A stretch of DNA of 64,000 bases from Eledone cirrhosa (taxonomy: Eukaryota): contig OZ024740.1 of the NCBI GenBank assembly GCA_964016885.1, positions 418,128,001 to 418,192,000 of the forward strand, written 5' to 3'. Made by a program: the position numbers and the translations under genes. Position 1 is the first letter of the stretch. Each line of letters starts with the position of its first letter. The notes below the pieces were generated by a model, which was given only the letters and a program-made list of their open reading frames with translations, was not told where the DNA came from and ran no database searches. Shown piece by piece: positions 15,001-30,000 of this stretch.

Positions 15001-18000
15001 CATTTTTTGGTATGTAGTCTACATGAAAGACAGAGGATAGTAAAGGCCTGAGAGATTGTCCACTTCAATGACATCTGCCATAGTGAAACTGACATCTTTT
15101 CGTATGTAGTCTACATGAAAGACAGAGGATAGTAAAGGCCTGACAGATTGTCCACTTCAATGACATCTGCCATAGTGAAACTGACATCTTTTGGTATGTA
15201 GTCTACATGAGAGACAGAGGATAGTAAAGGCCTGAGAGATTGTCCACTTCAATGACATCTGCCATAGTGAAACTGACATATTTTGGTATGTAATCTACAT
15301 GAGAGACAGAGGATAGTATAGGCCTGACAGACTGTCCACTTCAATGACATCTGCCATAGTGAAACTAACATCTTTTGGGATGTAGTCTACATGAGAGACA
15401 GAGGATAGTAAAGGCCTGACAGACTGTCCACTTCAATGACATTTGCCATAGTGAAACTGACATCTTTTGTTATGTTGTCTACATGAGAGACAAGGATAGT
15501 AAAGGCCTGACAGATTGTCCACGTCAATGACATCTGCCATAGTGAAACTAACATCTTTTGGTATGTAGTCTACATGAGAGATAGAGGATAGTAAAGGCCT
15601 GACAGATTGTCCACTTCAATGACATCTGCCATAGTGAAACTGACATCCTTTGGTATGTAGTCTACATGAGAGACAGAGGATAGTAAAGGCCTGACAGATT
15701 GTCCACTTCAATGACATCTGCCATAGTGAAACTGACATCTTTTGATATGTAGTCTACATGAGAGACAGAGGATAGTAAAGGCCTGACAGATTGTCCACTT
15801 CAATGACATCTGCCATAGTGAAACTGACATCTTTTGGTATGTAGTCTACATGAGAGACAGAGGATAGCATAGGCCTGACAGATTGTCCACTTCAATGACA
15901 TCTGTCATAGTGAAACCGACATCTTTTGGTATGTAGTCTACATGAAAGACAGAGGATAGTAAAGACCTGACAGACTGTGAACTTCAATGACATCTGCCAT
16001 AGTGAAACTGACATTTTTTGGTATGTAGTCTACATGAAAGACAGAGGATAGTAAAGGCCTGAGAGATTGTCCACTTCAATGACATCTGCCATAGAGAAAC
16101 TGAAATCTTTTGGTATGTAGTCTACATGAGAGACAGAGGATAGTAAAGGCCTGACAGATTGTCCACTTCAATGACATCTGCCATAGTGAAACTGACATCT
16201 TTTGGTATGTAGTCTACATGAGAAACATAGGATAGCATAGGCCTGACAGATTGTCCACTTCAATGACATCTGCCATAGTGAAACTGACATTTTTTGGTAT
16301 GTAGTCTACATGAGAGCCGGAGGATAGTATAGGCCTGAGAGACTGTCCACTTCAATGACATCTGCCATAGTGAAACTGACATCTTTTGGTATGTAGTCTA
16401 CATGAGAGACAGAGGATAGTATAGGCCTGACAGACTGTCCACTTCAATGACATCTGCCTTAGTGAAACTGACATCTTTTGGTATGTAGTCTACATGAGAG
16501 ACAGAGGATAGTATAGGCCTGACAGACTGTCCACTTCAATGACATCTGCCATAGTGAAACTGACATCTTTTGGTATGTAGTCTACATGAAAAACAGAGGA
16601 TAGTAAAGACCTGACAGACTGTGAACTTCAATGACATCTGCCATAGTGAAACTGACATTTTTTGGTATGTAGTCTACATGAAAGACAGAGGATAGGAAAG
16701 GCCTGAGAGATTGTCCACTTCAATGACATCTGCCATAGTGAAACTGACATATTTTTCTATGTAGTCTACATGAGAGACAGAGGATAGTAAACACCTGACA
16801 GACTGTCCACTTCAATGACATTTGCCATAGTGAAACTGACATCTTTTGGTATGTTGTCTACATGAGAGACAGAGGATAGTAAAGGCCTGACAGATTGTCC
16901 ACTTCAATGACATCTGCCATAGTGAAACTGACATCTTTTGGTATGTAGTCTACATGAGAGATAGAGGATAGTAAAGGCCTGACAGATTGTCCACTTCAAT
17001 GACATCTGCCATAATGAATCTGACATCTTTTGGTATGTAGTCTACATGAGAGACAGAGGATAGTAAAGGCCTGAGAGATTGTCCACTTCAATGACATCTG
17101 CCATAGTGAAACTGACATCTTTTGGTATGTAGTCTACATGAGAGACAGAGGATAGTAAAGGCCTGACAGATTGTCCACTTCAATGACATCTGCCATATTG
17201 AAACTGACATCTTTTGGTATGTAGTCTACATGAGAGACAGAGGATAGTATAGGCCTGACAGACTGTCCACTTCAATGACATCTGCGATAGTGAAACTGAC
17301 ATCTTTTGGTATGTAGTCTACATGAGAGACAGAAGATAGTATAGGCCTGACAGACTGTCCACTTCAATGACATCTGCCATAGTGAAACTGACATATTTTG
17401 GTATGTAGTCTACATGAAAAACAGAGGATAGTATAGGCCTGACAGACTGTCCACTTCAATGACATCTGCCATAGTGGAACTGACATCTTTTGGTATGTAG
17501 TCTACATGAAAAACAGAGGATAGTAAAGACCTGACAGACTGTGAACTTCAATGACATCTGCCATAGTGAAACTGACATTTTTTGGTATGTAGTCTACATG
17601 AAAGACAGAGGATAGTAAAGGCCTGACAGATTGTCCACTTCAATGACATCTGCCATATTGAAACTGACATCTTTTGGTATGTAGTCTACATGAGAGACAG
17701 AGGATAGTAAAGGCCTGAGAGATTGTCCACTTCAATGACATCTGCCATAGTGAAACTGACATATTTTGGTATGTAATCTACATGAGAGACAGAGGATAGT
17801 ATAGGCCTGACAGACTGTCCACTTCAATGACATCTGCCATAGTGAAACTAACATCTTTTGGGATGTAGTCTACATGAGAGACAGAGGATAGTAAAGGCCT
17901 GACAGACTGTCCACTTCAATGACATTTGCCATAGTGAAACTGACATCTTTTGTTATGTTGTCTACATGAGAGACGAGGATAGTAAAGGCCTGACAGATTG

Positions 18001-21000
18001 TCCACTTCAATGACATCTGCCATAGTGAAACTAACATCTTTTGGTATGTAGTCTACATGAGAGATAGAGGATAGTAAAGGCCTGACAGATTGTCCACTTC
18101 AATGACATCTGCCATAGTGAAACTGACATCTTTTCGTATGTAGTCTACATGAAAGACAGAGGATAGTAAAGGCCTGACAGATTGTCCACTTCAATGACAT
18201 CTGCCATAGTGAAACTGACATCTTTTGGTATGTAGTCTACATGAGAGACAGAGGATAGTAAAGGCCTGAGAGATTGTCCACTTCAATGACATCTGCCATA
18301 GTGAAACTGACATATTTTGGTATGTAATCTACATGAGAGACAGAGGATAGTATAGGCCTGACAGACTGTCCACTTCAATGACATCTGCCATAGTGAAACT
18401 AACATCTTTTGGGATGTAGTCTACATGAGAGACAGAGGATAGTAAAGGCCTGACAGACTGTCCACTTCAATGACATTTGCCATAGTGAAACTGACATCTT
18501 TTGTTATGTTGTCTACATGAGAGACAAGGATAGTAAAGGCCTGACAGATTGTCCACGTCAATGACATCTGCCATAGTGAAACTAACATCTTTTGGTATGT
18601 AGTCTACATGAGAGATAGAGGATAGTAAAGGCCTGACAGATTGTCCACTTCAATGACATCTGCCATAGTGAAACTGACATCCTTTGGTATGTAGTCTACA
18701 TGAGAGACAGAGGATAGTAAAGGCCTGACAGATTGTCCACTTCAATGACATCTGCCATAGTGAAACTGACATCTTTTGATATGTAGTCTACATGAGAGAC
18801 AGAGGATAGTAAAGGCCTGACAGATTGTCCACTTCAATGACATCTGCCATAGTGAAACTGACATCTTTTGGTATGTAGTCTACATGAGAGACAGAGGATA
18901 GCATAGGCCTGACAGATTGTCCACTTCAATGACATCTGTCATAGTGAAACCGACATCTTTTGGTATGTAGTCTACATGAAAGACAGAGGATAGTAAAGAC
19001 CTGACAGACTGTGAACTTCAATGACATCTGCCATAGTGAAACTGACATTTTTTGGTATGTAGTCTACATGAAAGACAGAGGATAGTAAAGGCCTGAGAGA
19101 TTGTCCACTTCAATGACATCTGCCATAGAGAAACTGAAATCTTTTGGTATGTAGTCTACATGAGAGACAGAGGATAGTAAAGGCCTGACAGATTGTCCAC
19201 TTCAATGACATCTGCCATAGTGAAACTGACATCTTTTGGTATGTAGTCTACATGAGAAACATAGGATAGCATAGGCCTGACAGATTGTCCACTTCAATGA
19301 CATCTGCCATAGTGAAACTGACATTTTTTGGTATGTAGTCTACATGAGAGCCGGAGGATAGTATAGGCCTGAGAGACTGTCCACTTCAATGACATCTGCC
19401 ATAGTGAAACTGACATCTTTTGGTATGTAGTCTACATGAGAGACAGAGGATAGTATAGGCCTGACAGACTGTCCACTTCAATGACATCTGCCTTAGTGAA
19501 ACTGACATCTTTTGGTATGTAGTCTACATGAGAGACAGAGGATAGTATAGGCCTGACAGACTGTCCACTTCAATGACATCTGCCATAGTGAAACTGACAT
19601 CTTTTGGTATGTAGTCTACATGAAAAACAGAGGATAGTAAAGACCTGACAGACTGTGAACTTCAATGACATCTGCCATAGTGAAACTGACATTTTTTGGT
19701 ATGTAGTCTACATGAAAGACAGAGGATAGGAAAGGCCTGAGAGATTGTCCACTTCAATGACATCTGCCATAGTGAAACTGACATATTTTTCTATGTAGTC
19801 TACATGAGAGACAGAGGATAGTAAACACCTGACAGACTGTCCACTTCAATGACATTTGCCATAGTGAAACTGACATCTTTTGGTATGTTGTCTACATGAG
19901 AGACAGAGGATAGTAAAGGCCTGACAGATTGTCCACTTCAATGACATCTGCCATAGTGAAACTGACATCTTTTGGTATGTAGTCTACATGAGAGATAGAG
20001 GATAGTAAAGGCCTGACAGATTGTCCACTTCAATGACATCTGCCATAATGAATCTGACATCTTTTGGTATGTAGTCTACATGAGAGACAGAGGATAGTAA
20101 AGGCCTGAGAGATTGTCCACTTCAATGACATCTGCCATAGTGAAACTGACATCTTTTGGTATGTAGTCTACATGAGAGACAGAGGATAGTAAAGGCCTGA
20201 CAGATTGTCCACTTCAATGACATCTGCCATATTGAAACTGACATCTTTTGGTATGTAGTCTACATGAGAGACAGAGGATAGTATAGGCCTGACAGACTGT
20301 CCACTTCAATGACATCTGCGATAGTGAAACTGACATCTTTTGGTATGTAGTCTACATGAGAGACAGAAGATAGTATAGGCCTGACAGACTGTCCACTTCA
20401 ATGACATCTGCCATAGTGAAACTGACATATTTTGGTATGTAGTCTACATGAAAAACAGAGGATAGTATAGGCCTGACAGACTGTCCACTTCAATGACATC
20501 TGCCATAGTGGAACTGACATCTTTTGGTATGTAGTCTACATGAAAAACAGAGGATAGTAAAGACCTGACAGACTGTGAACTTCAATGACATCTGCCATAG
20601 TGAAACTGACATTTTTTGGTATGTAGTCTACATGAAAGACAGAGGATAGTAAAGGCCTGACAGATTGTCCACTTCAATGACATCTGCCATATTGAAACTG
20701 ACATCTTTTGGTATGTAGTCTACATGAGAGACAGAGGATAGTAAAGGCCTGAGAGATTGTCCACTTCAATGACATCTGCCATAGTGAAACTGACATATTT
20801 TGGTATGTAATCTACATGAGAGACAGAGGATAGTATAGGCCTGACAGACTGTCCACTTCAATGACATCTGCCATAGTGAAACTAACATCTTTTGGGATGT
20901 AGTCTACATGAGAGACAGAGGATAGTAAAGGCCTGACAGACTGTCCACTTCAATGACATTTGCCATAGTGAAACTGACATCTTTTGTTATGTTGTCTACA

Positions 21001-24000
21001 TGAGAGACGAGGATAGTAAAGGCCTGACAGATTGTCCACTTCAATGACATCTGCCATAGTGAAACTAACATCTTTTGGTATGTAGTCTACATGAGAGATA
21101 GAGGATAGTAAAGGCCTGACAGATTGTCCACTTCAATGACATCTGCCATAGTGAAACTGACATCTTTTGGTATGATGTCTACATGAGAGACAGAGGATAG
21201 TAAAGGCCTGACAGATTGTCCACTTCAATGACATCTGCCATAGTGAAACTGACATCTTTTGGTATGTAGTCTACATGAGAGACAGAGGATAGTAAAGGCC
21301 TGACAGATTGTCCACTTCAATGACATCTGCCATAGTGAAACTGACATCTTTTGGTATGTAGTCTACATGAGAGACAGAGGATAGTAAAGGCCTGAGAGAT
21401 TGTCCACTTCAATGACATCTGCCATAGTGAAACTGACATCTTTTGGTATGTAGTCTACATGAGAGACAGAGGATAGCATAGGCCTGACAGATTGTCCACT
21501 TCAATGACATCTGCCATAGTGAAACCGACATCTTTTGGTATGTAGTCTACATGAAAGACAGAGGATAGTAAAGACCTGACAGACTGTGAACTTCAATGAC
21601 ATCTGCCATAGTGAAACTGACATTTTTTGGTATCTAGTCTACATGAAAGACAGAGGATAGTAAAGGCCTGAGAGATTGTCCACTTCAATGACATCTGCCA
21701 TAGCGAAACTGACATCTTTTGGTATGTAGTCTACATGAGAGACAGAGGATAGTGAAGGCCTGACAGATTGTCCACTTCAATGACATCTGCCATAGTGAAA
21801 CTGACATCTTTTGGTATGTAGTCTACATGAGAAACAGAGGATAGCATAGGCCTGACAGATTGTCCACTTCAATGACATCTGCCATAGTGAAACTGACATT
21901 TTTTGGTATGTATTCTACATGAGAGACAGAGGATAGTATAGGCCTGACAGACCGTCCACTTCAATGACATCTGCCATAGTGAAACTGACATCTTTTGGTA
22001 TGTAGTCTACATGAGAGACAGAAGATAGTATAGGCCTGACAGACTGTCCACTTCAATGACATCTGCCATAGTGAAACTGACATCTTTTGGTATGTAGTCT
22101 ACATGAAAAACAGAGGATAGTATAGGCCTGACAGACTGTCCACTTCAATGACATCTGCCATAGTGAAACTGACATCTTTTGGTATGTAGTCTACATGAAA
22201 AACAGAGGATAGTAAAGACTTGACGGACTGTGAACTTCAATGATATCTGCCATAGTGAAACTGACATTTTTTGGTATGTAGTCTACATGAAAGACAGAGG
22301 ATAGTAAAGGCCTGAGAGATTGTCCACTGCAATGACATCTGCCATAGTGAAACTGACATATTTTGGTATGTTGTCTACATGAGAGACAGAGGATAGTATA
22401 GGCCTGACAGACTGTCCACTTCAATGATACCTGCCATAGTGAAACTGACATCTTTTGGTATGTAGTCTACATGAAAAACAGAGGATAGTAAAGACCTGAC
22501 AGACTGTGAACTTCAATGACATCTGCCATAGTGAAACTGACATCTTTTGGTATGTTGTCTACATGAGAGACAGAGGATAGTAAAGGCCTGACAGATTGTC
22601 TACTTCAATGCCCTCTGCCATAGTGAAACTGACATCTTTTGGTATGTAGTCTACATGAGAGACAGAGGATAGTAAAGACCTGACAGACTGTGAACTTCAA
22701 TGACATCTGCCATAGTGAAACTGACATCTTTTGGTATGTTGTCTACATGAGAGACAGAGGATAGTATAGTCCTGACAGACTGTCCACTTCAATGATACCT
22801 GCCATAGAGAAACTGACATCTTTTGGTATGTAGTCTACATGAAAAACAGAGGATAGTAATGACCTGACAGACTGTGAACTTCAATGACATCTGCCATAGT
22901 GAAACTGACATCTTTTGGTATGTTGTCTATATGAGAGACAGAGGATAGAATAGGCCTGACAGATTGTCTACTTCAATGCCCTCTGCCATAGTGAAACTGA
23001 CATCTTTTGGTATGTAGTCTACATGAGAGACAGAGGATAGTATAGTCCTGACAGACTGTCCACTTCAATGATACCTGCCATAGAGAAACTGACATCTTTT
23101 GGTATGTAGTCTACATGAAAAACAGAGGATAGTAAAGACTTGACGGACTGTGAACTTCAATGATATCTGCCATAGTGAAACTGACATTTTTTGGTATGTA
23201 GTCTACATGAAAGACAGAGGATAGTAAAGGCCTGACAGATTGTCCACTTCAATGATATTTGCCATAGTGAAACTGACATCGTTTGGTATGTAATCTACAT
23301 GAGAGACAGAGGATATTATAGGCCTGATAGACTGTCTACTTCAATGACATCTGCCATAGTGAAACTCACATCTTTTGGTATGTTGTCTACATGAGAGACA
23401 GAGGATAGTAAAGGCCTGACAGATTGTCCACTTCAATGACATCTGCCATAGTGAAACTGACATCTTTTGGTATGTAGTCTACATGAGAGACAGAGGATAG
23501 TAAAGGCCTGACAAATTGTCCACTTCAATGACATCTGCCATAGTGAAACTGACATCTTTTGGTATGTAGTTTACATGAGAGACAGAGGATAGTAAAGGCC
23601 TGACAGACTGTCCACTTCAATGACATCTGCCATAGTGAAACTGACATCTTTTGGTATGTAGTCTACATGAAAGACAGAGGATAGTAAAGGCCTGACAGAC
23701 TGTGAAATTTAAGGACATCTGCCATAGTGAAACTGACATCTTCTGGTATGTAGTCTACATGAGAGACAGAGGATATTATAGGCCTGATAGACTGTCTACT
23801 TCAATGACATCTGCCATAGTGAAACTGACTTCTTTAGGTATGTAGTCTACATGAGAGACAGAGTATAGTAAAGGCCTGACAGATTGTCCACTTCAATGAC
23901 ATCTGCCATAGTGAAACTGACATCTTTTGGTATGTAGTCTACATGAAAGACAGAGGATAGTAAAGGCCTGACAGATTGTCCACTTCAATGATATCTGCCA

Positions 24001-27000
24001 TAGTGAAACTGACATCTTTAGGTATGTAGTCTACATGAGAGACAGAGGATAGTAAAGCCCTGACAGATTGTCCACTTCAATGACATCTGCCATAGTGAAA
24101 CTGACATCTTTTGGTATGTAGTCTACATGAGAGACAGAGGATAGTAAAGGCCTGACAGATTGTCCACTTCAATGACATCTGCCATAGTGAAACTGACATC
24201 TTTTGGTATGTAGTCTACATGAAAGACAGAGGATAGTATAGGCCTGACAGACTGTGAACTTCAATAACATCTGCCATAGTGAAACTGACATCCTTTGGTA
24301 TGTAGTCTACATGAGAGACAGAGGATAGTAAAGGCCTGACAGATTGTCCACTTCAATGACATCTGCCATAGTGAAACTGACATCCTTTGGTATGTAGTCT
24401 ACATGAGAGACAGAGGATAGTAAAGGCCTGACAGATTGTCCAATTCAATGACATCTGCCATAGTGAAACTGACATCCTTTGGTATGTAGTCCACATGAGA
24501 GACAGAGGATAGTAAAGGCCTGACAGATTGTCCACTTCAATGACATCTGCCATAGTGAAACTGACATCTTTTGATATGTAGTCTACATGAGAGACAGAGG
24601 ATAGTAAAGGCCTGACAGACTGTCCACTTCAATGACATCTGCCATAGTGAAACTGACATCTTTTGGTATGTAGTTTACATGAGAGACAGAGGATAGTAAA
24701 GGCCTGACAGACTGTCCACTTCAATGACATCTGCCATAGTGAAACTGACATCTTTTGGTATGTAGTCTACATGAAAGACAGAGGATAGTAAAGGCCTGAC
24801 AGACTGTGAAATTTAAGGACATCTGCCATAGTGAAACTGACATCTTCTGGTATGTAGTCTACATGAGAGACAGAGGATATTATAGGCCTGATAGACTGTC
24901 TACTTCAATGACATCTGCCATAGTGAAACTGACTTCTTTAGGTATGTAGTCTACATGAGAGACAGAGTATAGTAAAGGCCTGACAGATTGTCCACTTCAA
25001 TGACATCTGCCATAGTGAAACTGACATCTTTTGGTATGTAGTCTACATGAAAAACAGAGGATAGTATAGGCCTGACAGACTGTCCACTTCAATGACATCT
25101 GCCATAGTGAAACTGACATCTTTTGGTATGTAGTCTACATGAGAGACAGAAGATAGTATAGGCCTGACAGACTGTCCACTTCAATGACATCTGCCATAGT
25201 GAAACTGACATCTTTTGGTATGTAGTCTACATGAAAAACAGAGGATAGTATAGGCCTGACAGACTGTCCACTTCAATGACATCTGCCATAGTGAAACTGA
25301 CATCTTTTGGTATGTAGTCTACATGAAAAACAGAGGATAGTAAAGACCTGACGGACTGTGAACTTCAATGATATCTGCCATAGTGAAACTGACATTTTTT
25401 GGTATGTAGTCTACATGAAAGACAGAGGATAGTAAAGGCCTGAGAGATTGTCCACTGCAATGACATCTGCCATAGTGAAACTGACATATTTTGGTATGTT
25501 GTCTACATGAGAGACAGAGGATAGTATAGGCCTGACAGACTGTCCACTTCAATGATACCTGCCATAGTGAAACTGACATCTTTTGGTATGTAGTCTACAT
25601 GAAAAACAGAGGATAGTAAAGACCTGACAGACTGTGAACTTCAATGACATCTGCCATAGTGAAACTGACATCTTTTGGTATGTTGTCTACATGAGAGACA
25701 GAGGATAGAATAGGCCTGACAGATTGTCTACTTCAATGCCCTCTGCCATAGTGAAACTGACATCTTTTGGTATGTAGTCTACATGAGAGACAGAGGATAG
25801 TAAAGACCTGACAGACTGTGAACTTCAATGACATCTGCCATAGTGAAACTGACATATCTTGGTATGTAGTCTACATGAGAGACAGAGGATAGTAAAGGCC
25901 TGACAGATTGTCCACTTCAATGACATCTGCCATAGTGAAACTGACATCTTTTGGTATGTAGTCTACATGAGAGACAGAGGATAGTAAAGGCCTGACACAC
26001 CGTGAACTTCAATGACATCTGCCATAGGGAAACTGACATCTTTTGGTATGTAGTCTACATGAGAGACAGAGGATAGTAAAGGCCTGACAGATTATCCACT
26101 TCAATGATATCTGTCATAGTGAAACTGACATCTTTTGGTATGTAGTCTACATGAGAGACAGAGGATAGTAATGGCCTGACAGACTGTCCACTTCACTGAC
26201 ATCTGCCATAATGAAACTGACATCTTTTGGTATCTAGTCTACATGAGAGACAGAGGATAGTAAAGGCCTGACAGATTGTCCACTTCAATGATATTTGCCA
26301 TAGTGAAACTGACATCGTTTGGTATGTAATCTATATGAGAGACAGAGGATATTATAGGCCTGATAGACTGTCTACTTCAATGACATCTGCCATAGTGAAA
26401 CTCACATCTTTTGGTATGTTGTCTACATGAGAGACAGAGGATAGTAAAGGCCTGACAGATTGTCCACTTCAATGACATCTGCCATAGTGAAACTGACATC
26501 TTTTGGTATGTAGTCTACATGAGAGACAGAGGATAGTAAAGGCCTGACAAATTGTCCACTTCAATGACATCTGCCATAGTGAAACTGACATCTTTTGGTA
26601 TGTAGTCTACATGAAAGACAGAGGATAGTAAAGGCCTGACAGATTGTCCACTTCAATGACATCTGCCATAGTGAAACTGACATCTTTAGGTATGTAGTCT
26701 ACATGAGAGACAGAGGATAGTAAAGCCCTGACAGATTGTCCACTTCAATGACATCTGCCATAGTGAAACTGACATCTTTTGGTATGTAGTCTACATGAGA
26801 AACAGAGGATAGCATAGGCCTGACAGATTGTCCACTTCAATGACATCTGCCATAGTGAAACTGACATTTTTTGGTATGTAGTCTACATGAGAGACAGAGG
26901 ATAGTATAGGCCTGACAGACTGTCCACTTCAATGACATCTGCCATAGTGAAACTGACATCTTTTGGTATGTAGTCTACATGAGAGACAGAGGATAGTATA

Positions 27001-30000
27001 GGCCTGACAGACTGTCCACTTCAATGACATCTGCGATAGTGAAACTGACATCTTTTGGTATGTAGTCTACATGAGAGACAGAAGATAGTATAGGCCTGAC
27101 AGACTGTCCACTTCAATGACATCTGCCATAGTGAAACTGACATATTTTGGTATGTAGTCTACATGAAAAACAGAGGATAGTATAGGCCTGACAGACTGTC
27201 CACTTCAATGACATCTGCCATAGTGGAACTGACATCTTTTGGTATGTAGTCTACATGAAAAACAGAGGATAGTAAAGACCTGACAGACTGTGAACTTCAA
27301 TGACATCTGCCATAGTGAAACTGACATTTTTTGGTATGTAGTCTACATGAAAGACAGAGGATAGTAAAGGCCTGACAGATTGTCCACTTCAATGACATCT
27401 GCCATATTGAAACTGACATCTTTTGGTATGTAGTCTACATGAGAGACAGAGGATAGTAAAGGCCTGAGAGATTGTCCACTTCAATGACATCTGCCATAGT
27501 GAAACTGACATATTTTGGTATGTAATCTACATGAGAGACAGAGGATAGTATAGGCCTGACAGACTGTCCACTTCAATGACATCTGCCATAGTGAAACTAA
27601 CATCTTTTGGGATGTAGTCTACATGAGAGACAGAGGATAGTAAAGGCCTGACAGACTGTCCACTTCAATGACATTTGCCATAGTGAAACTGACATCTTTT
27701 GTTATGTTGTCTACATGAGAGACGAGGATAGTAAAGGCCTGACAGATTGTCCACTTCAATGACATCTGCCATAGTGAAACTAACATCTTTTGGTATGTAG
27801 TCTACATGAGAGATAGAGGATAGTAAAGGCCTGACAGATTGTCCACTTCAATGACATCTGCCATAGTGAAACTGACATCTTTAGGTATGTAGTCTACATG
27901 AGAGACAGAGGATAGTAAAGCCCTGACAGATTGTCCACTTCAATGACATCTGCCATAGTGAAACTGACATCTTTTGGTATGTAGTCTACATGAAAGACAG
28001 AGGATAGTAAAGGCCTGACAGATTGTCCACTTCAATGACATCTGCCATAGTGAAACTGACATTTTTTGGTATGTAGTCTACATGAGAGACAGAGGATAGT
28101 ATAGGCCTGACAGACTGTCCACTTCAATGACATCTGCCATAGTGAAACTGACATCTTTTGGTATGTAGTCTACATGAGAGACAGAGGATAGTATAGGCCT
28201 GACAGACTGTCCACTTCAATGACATCTGCGATAGTGAAACTGACATCTTTTGGTATGTAGTCTACATGAGAGACAGAAGATAGTATAGGCCTGACAGACT
28301 GTCCACTTCAATGACATCTGCCATAGTGAAACTGACATATTTTGGTATGTAGTCTACATGAAAAACAGAGGATAGTATAGGCCTGACAGACTGTCCACTT
28401 CAATGACATCTGCCATAGTGGAACTGACATCTTTTGGTATGTAGTCTACATGAAAAACAGAGGATAGTAAAGACCTGACAGACTGTGAACTTCAATGACA
28501 TCTGCCATAGTGAAACTGACATTTTTTGGTATGTAGTCTACATGAAAGACAGAGGATAGTAAAGGCCTGACAGATTGTCCACTTCAATGACATCTGCCAT
28601 ATTGAAACTGACATCTTTTGGTATGTAGTCTACATGAGAGACAGAGGATAGTAAAGGCCTGAGAGATTGTCCACTTCAATGACATCTGCCATAGTGAAAC
28701 TGACATATTTTGGTATGTAATCTACATGAGAGACAGAGGATAGTATAGGCCTGACAGACTGTCCACTTCAATGACATCTGCCATAGTGAAACTAACATCT
28801 TTTGGGATGTAGTCTACATGAGAGACAGAGGATAGTAAAGGCCTGACAGACTGTCCACTTCAATGACATTTGCCATAGTGAAACTGACATCTTTTGTTAT
28901 GTTGTCTACATGAGAGACGAGGATAGTAAAGGCCTGACAGATTGTCCACTTCAATGACATCTGCCATAGTGAAACTAACATCTTTTGGTATGTAGTCTAC
29001 ATGAGAGATAGAGGATAGTAAAGGCCTGACAGATTGTCCACTTCAATGACATCTGCCATAGTGAAACTGACATCTTTTGGTATGATGTCTACATGAGAGA
29101 CAGAGGATAGTAAAGGCCTGACAGATTGTCCACTTCAATGACATCTGCCATAGTGAAACTGACATCTTTTGGTATGTAGTCTACATGAGAGACAGAGGAT
29201 AGTAAAGGCCTGACAGATTGTCCACTTCAATGACATCTGCCATAGTGAAACTGACATCTTTTGGTATGTAGTCTACATGAGAGACAGAGGATAGTAAAGG
29301 CCTGAGAGATTGTCCACTTCAATGACATCTGCCATAGTGAAACTGACATCTTTTGGTATGTAGTCTACATGAGAGACAGAGGATAGCATAGGCCTGACAG
29401 ATTGTCCACTTCAATGACATCTGCCATAGTGAAACCGACATCTTTTGGTATGTAGTCTACATGAAAGACAGAGGATAGTAAAGACCTGACAGACTGTGAA
29501 CTTCAATGACATCTGCCATAGTGAAACTGACATTTTTTGGTATCTAGTCTACATGAAAGACAGAGGATAGTAAAGGCCTGAGAGATTGTCCACTTCAATG
29601 ACATCTGCCATAGCGAAACTGACATCTTTTGGTATGTAGTCTACATGAGAGACAGAGGATAGTGAAGGCCTGACAGATTGTCCACTTCAATGACATCTGC
29701 CATAGTGAAACTGACATCTTTTGGTATGTAGTCTACATGAGAAACAGAGGATAGCATAGGCCTGACAGATTGTCCACTTCAATGACATCTGCCATAGTGA
29801 AACTGACATTTTTTGGTATGTATTCTACATGAGAGACAGAGGATAGTATAGGCCTGACAGACCGTCCACTTCAATGACATCTGCCATAGTGAAACTGACA
29901 TCTTTTGGTATGTAGTCTACATGAGAGACAGAAGATAGTATAGGCCTGACAGACTGTCCACTTCAATGACATCTGCCATAGTGAAACTGACATCTTTTGG

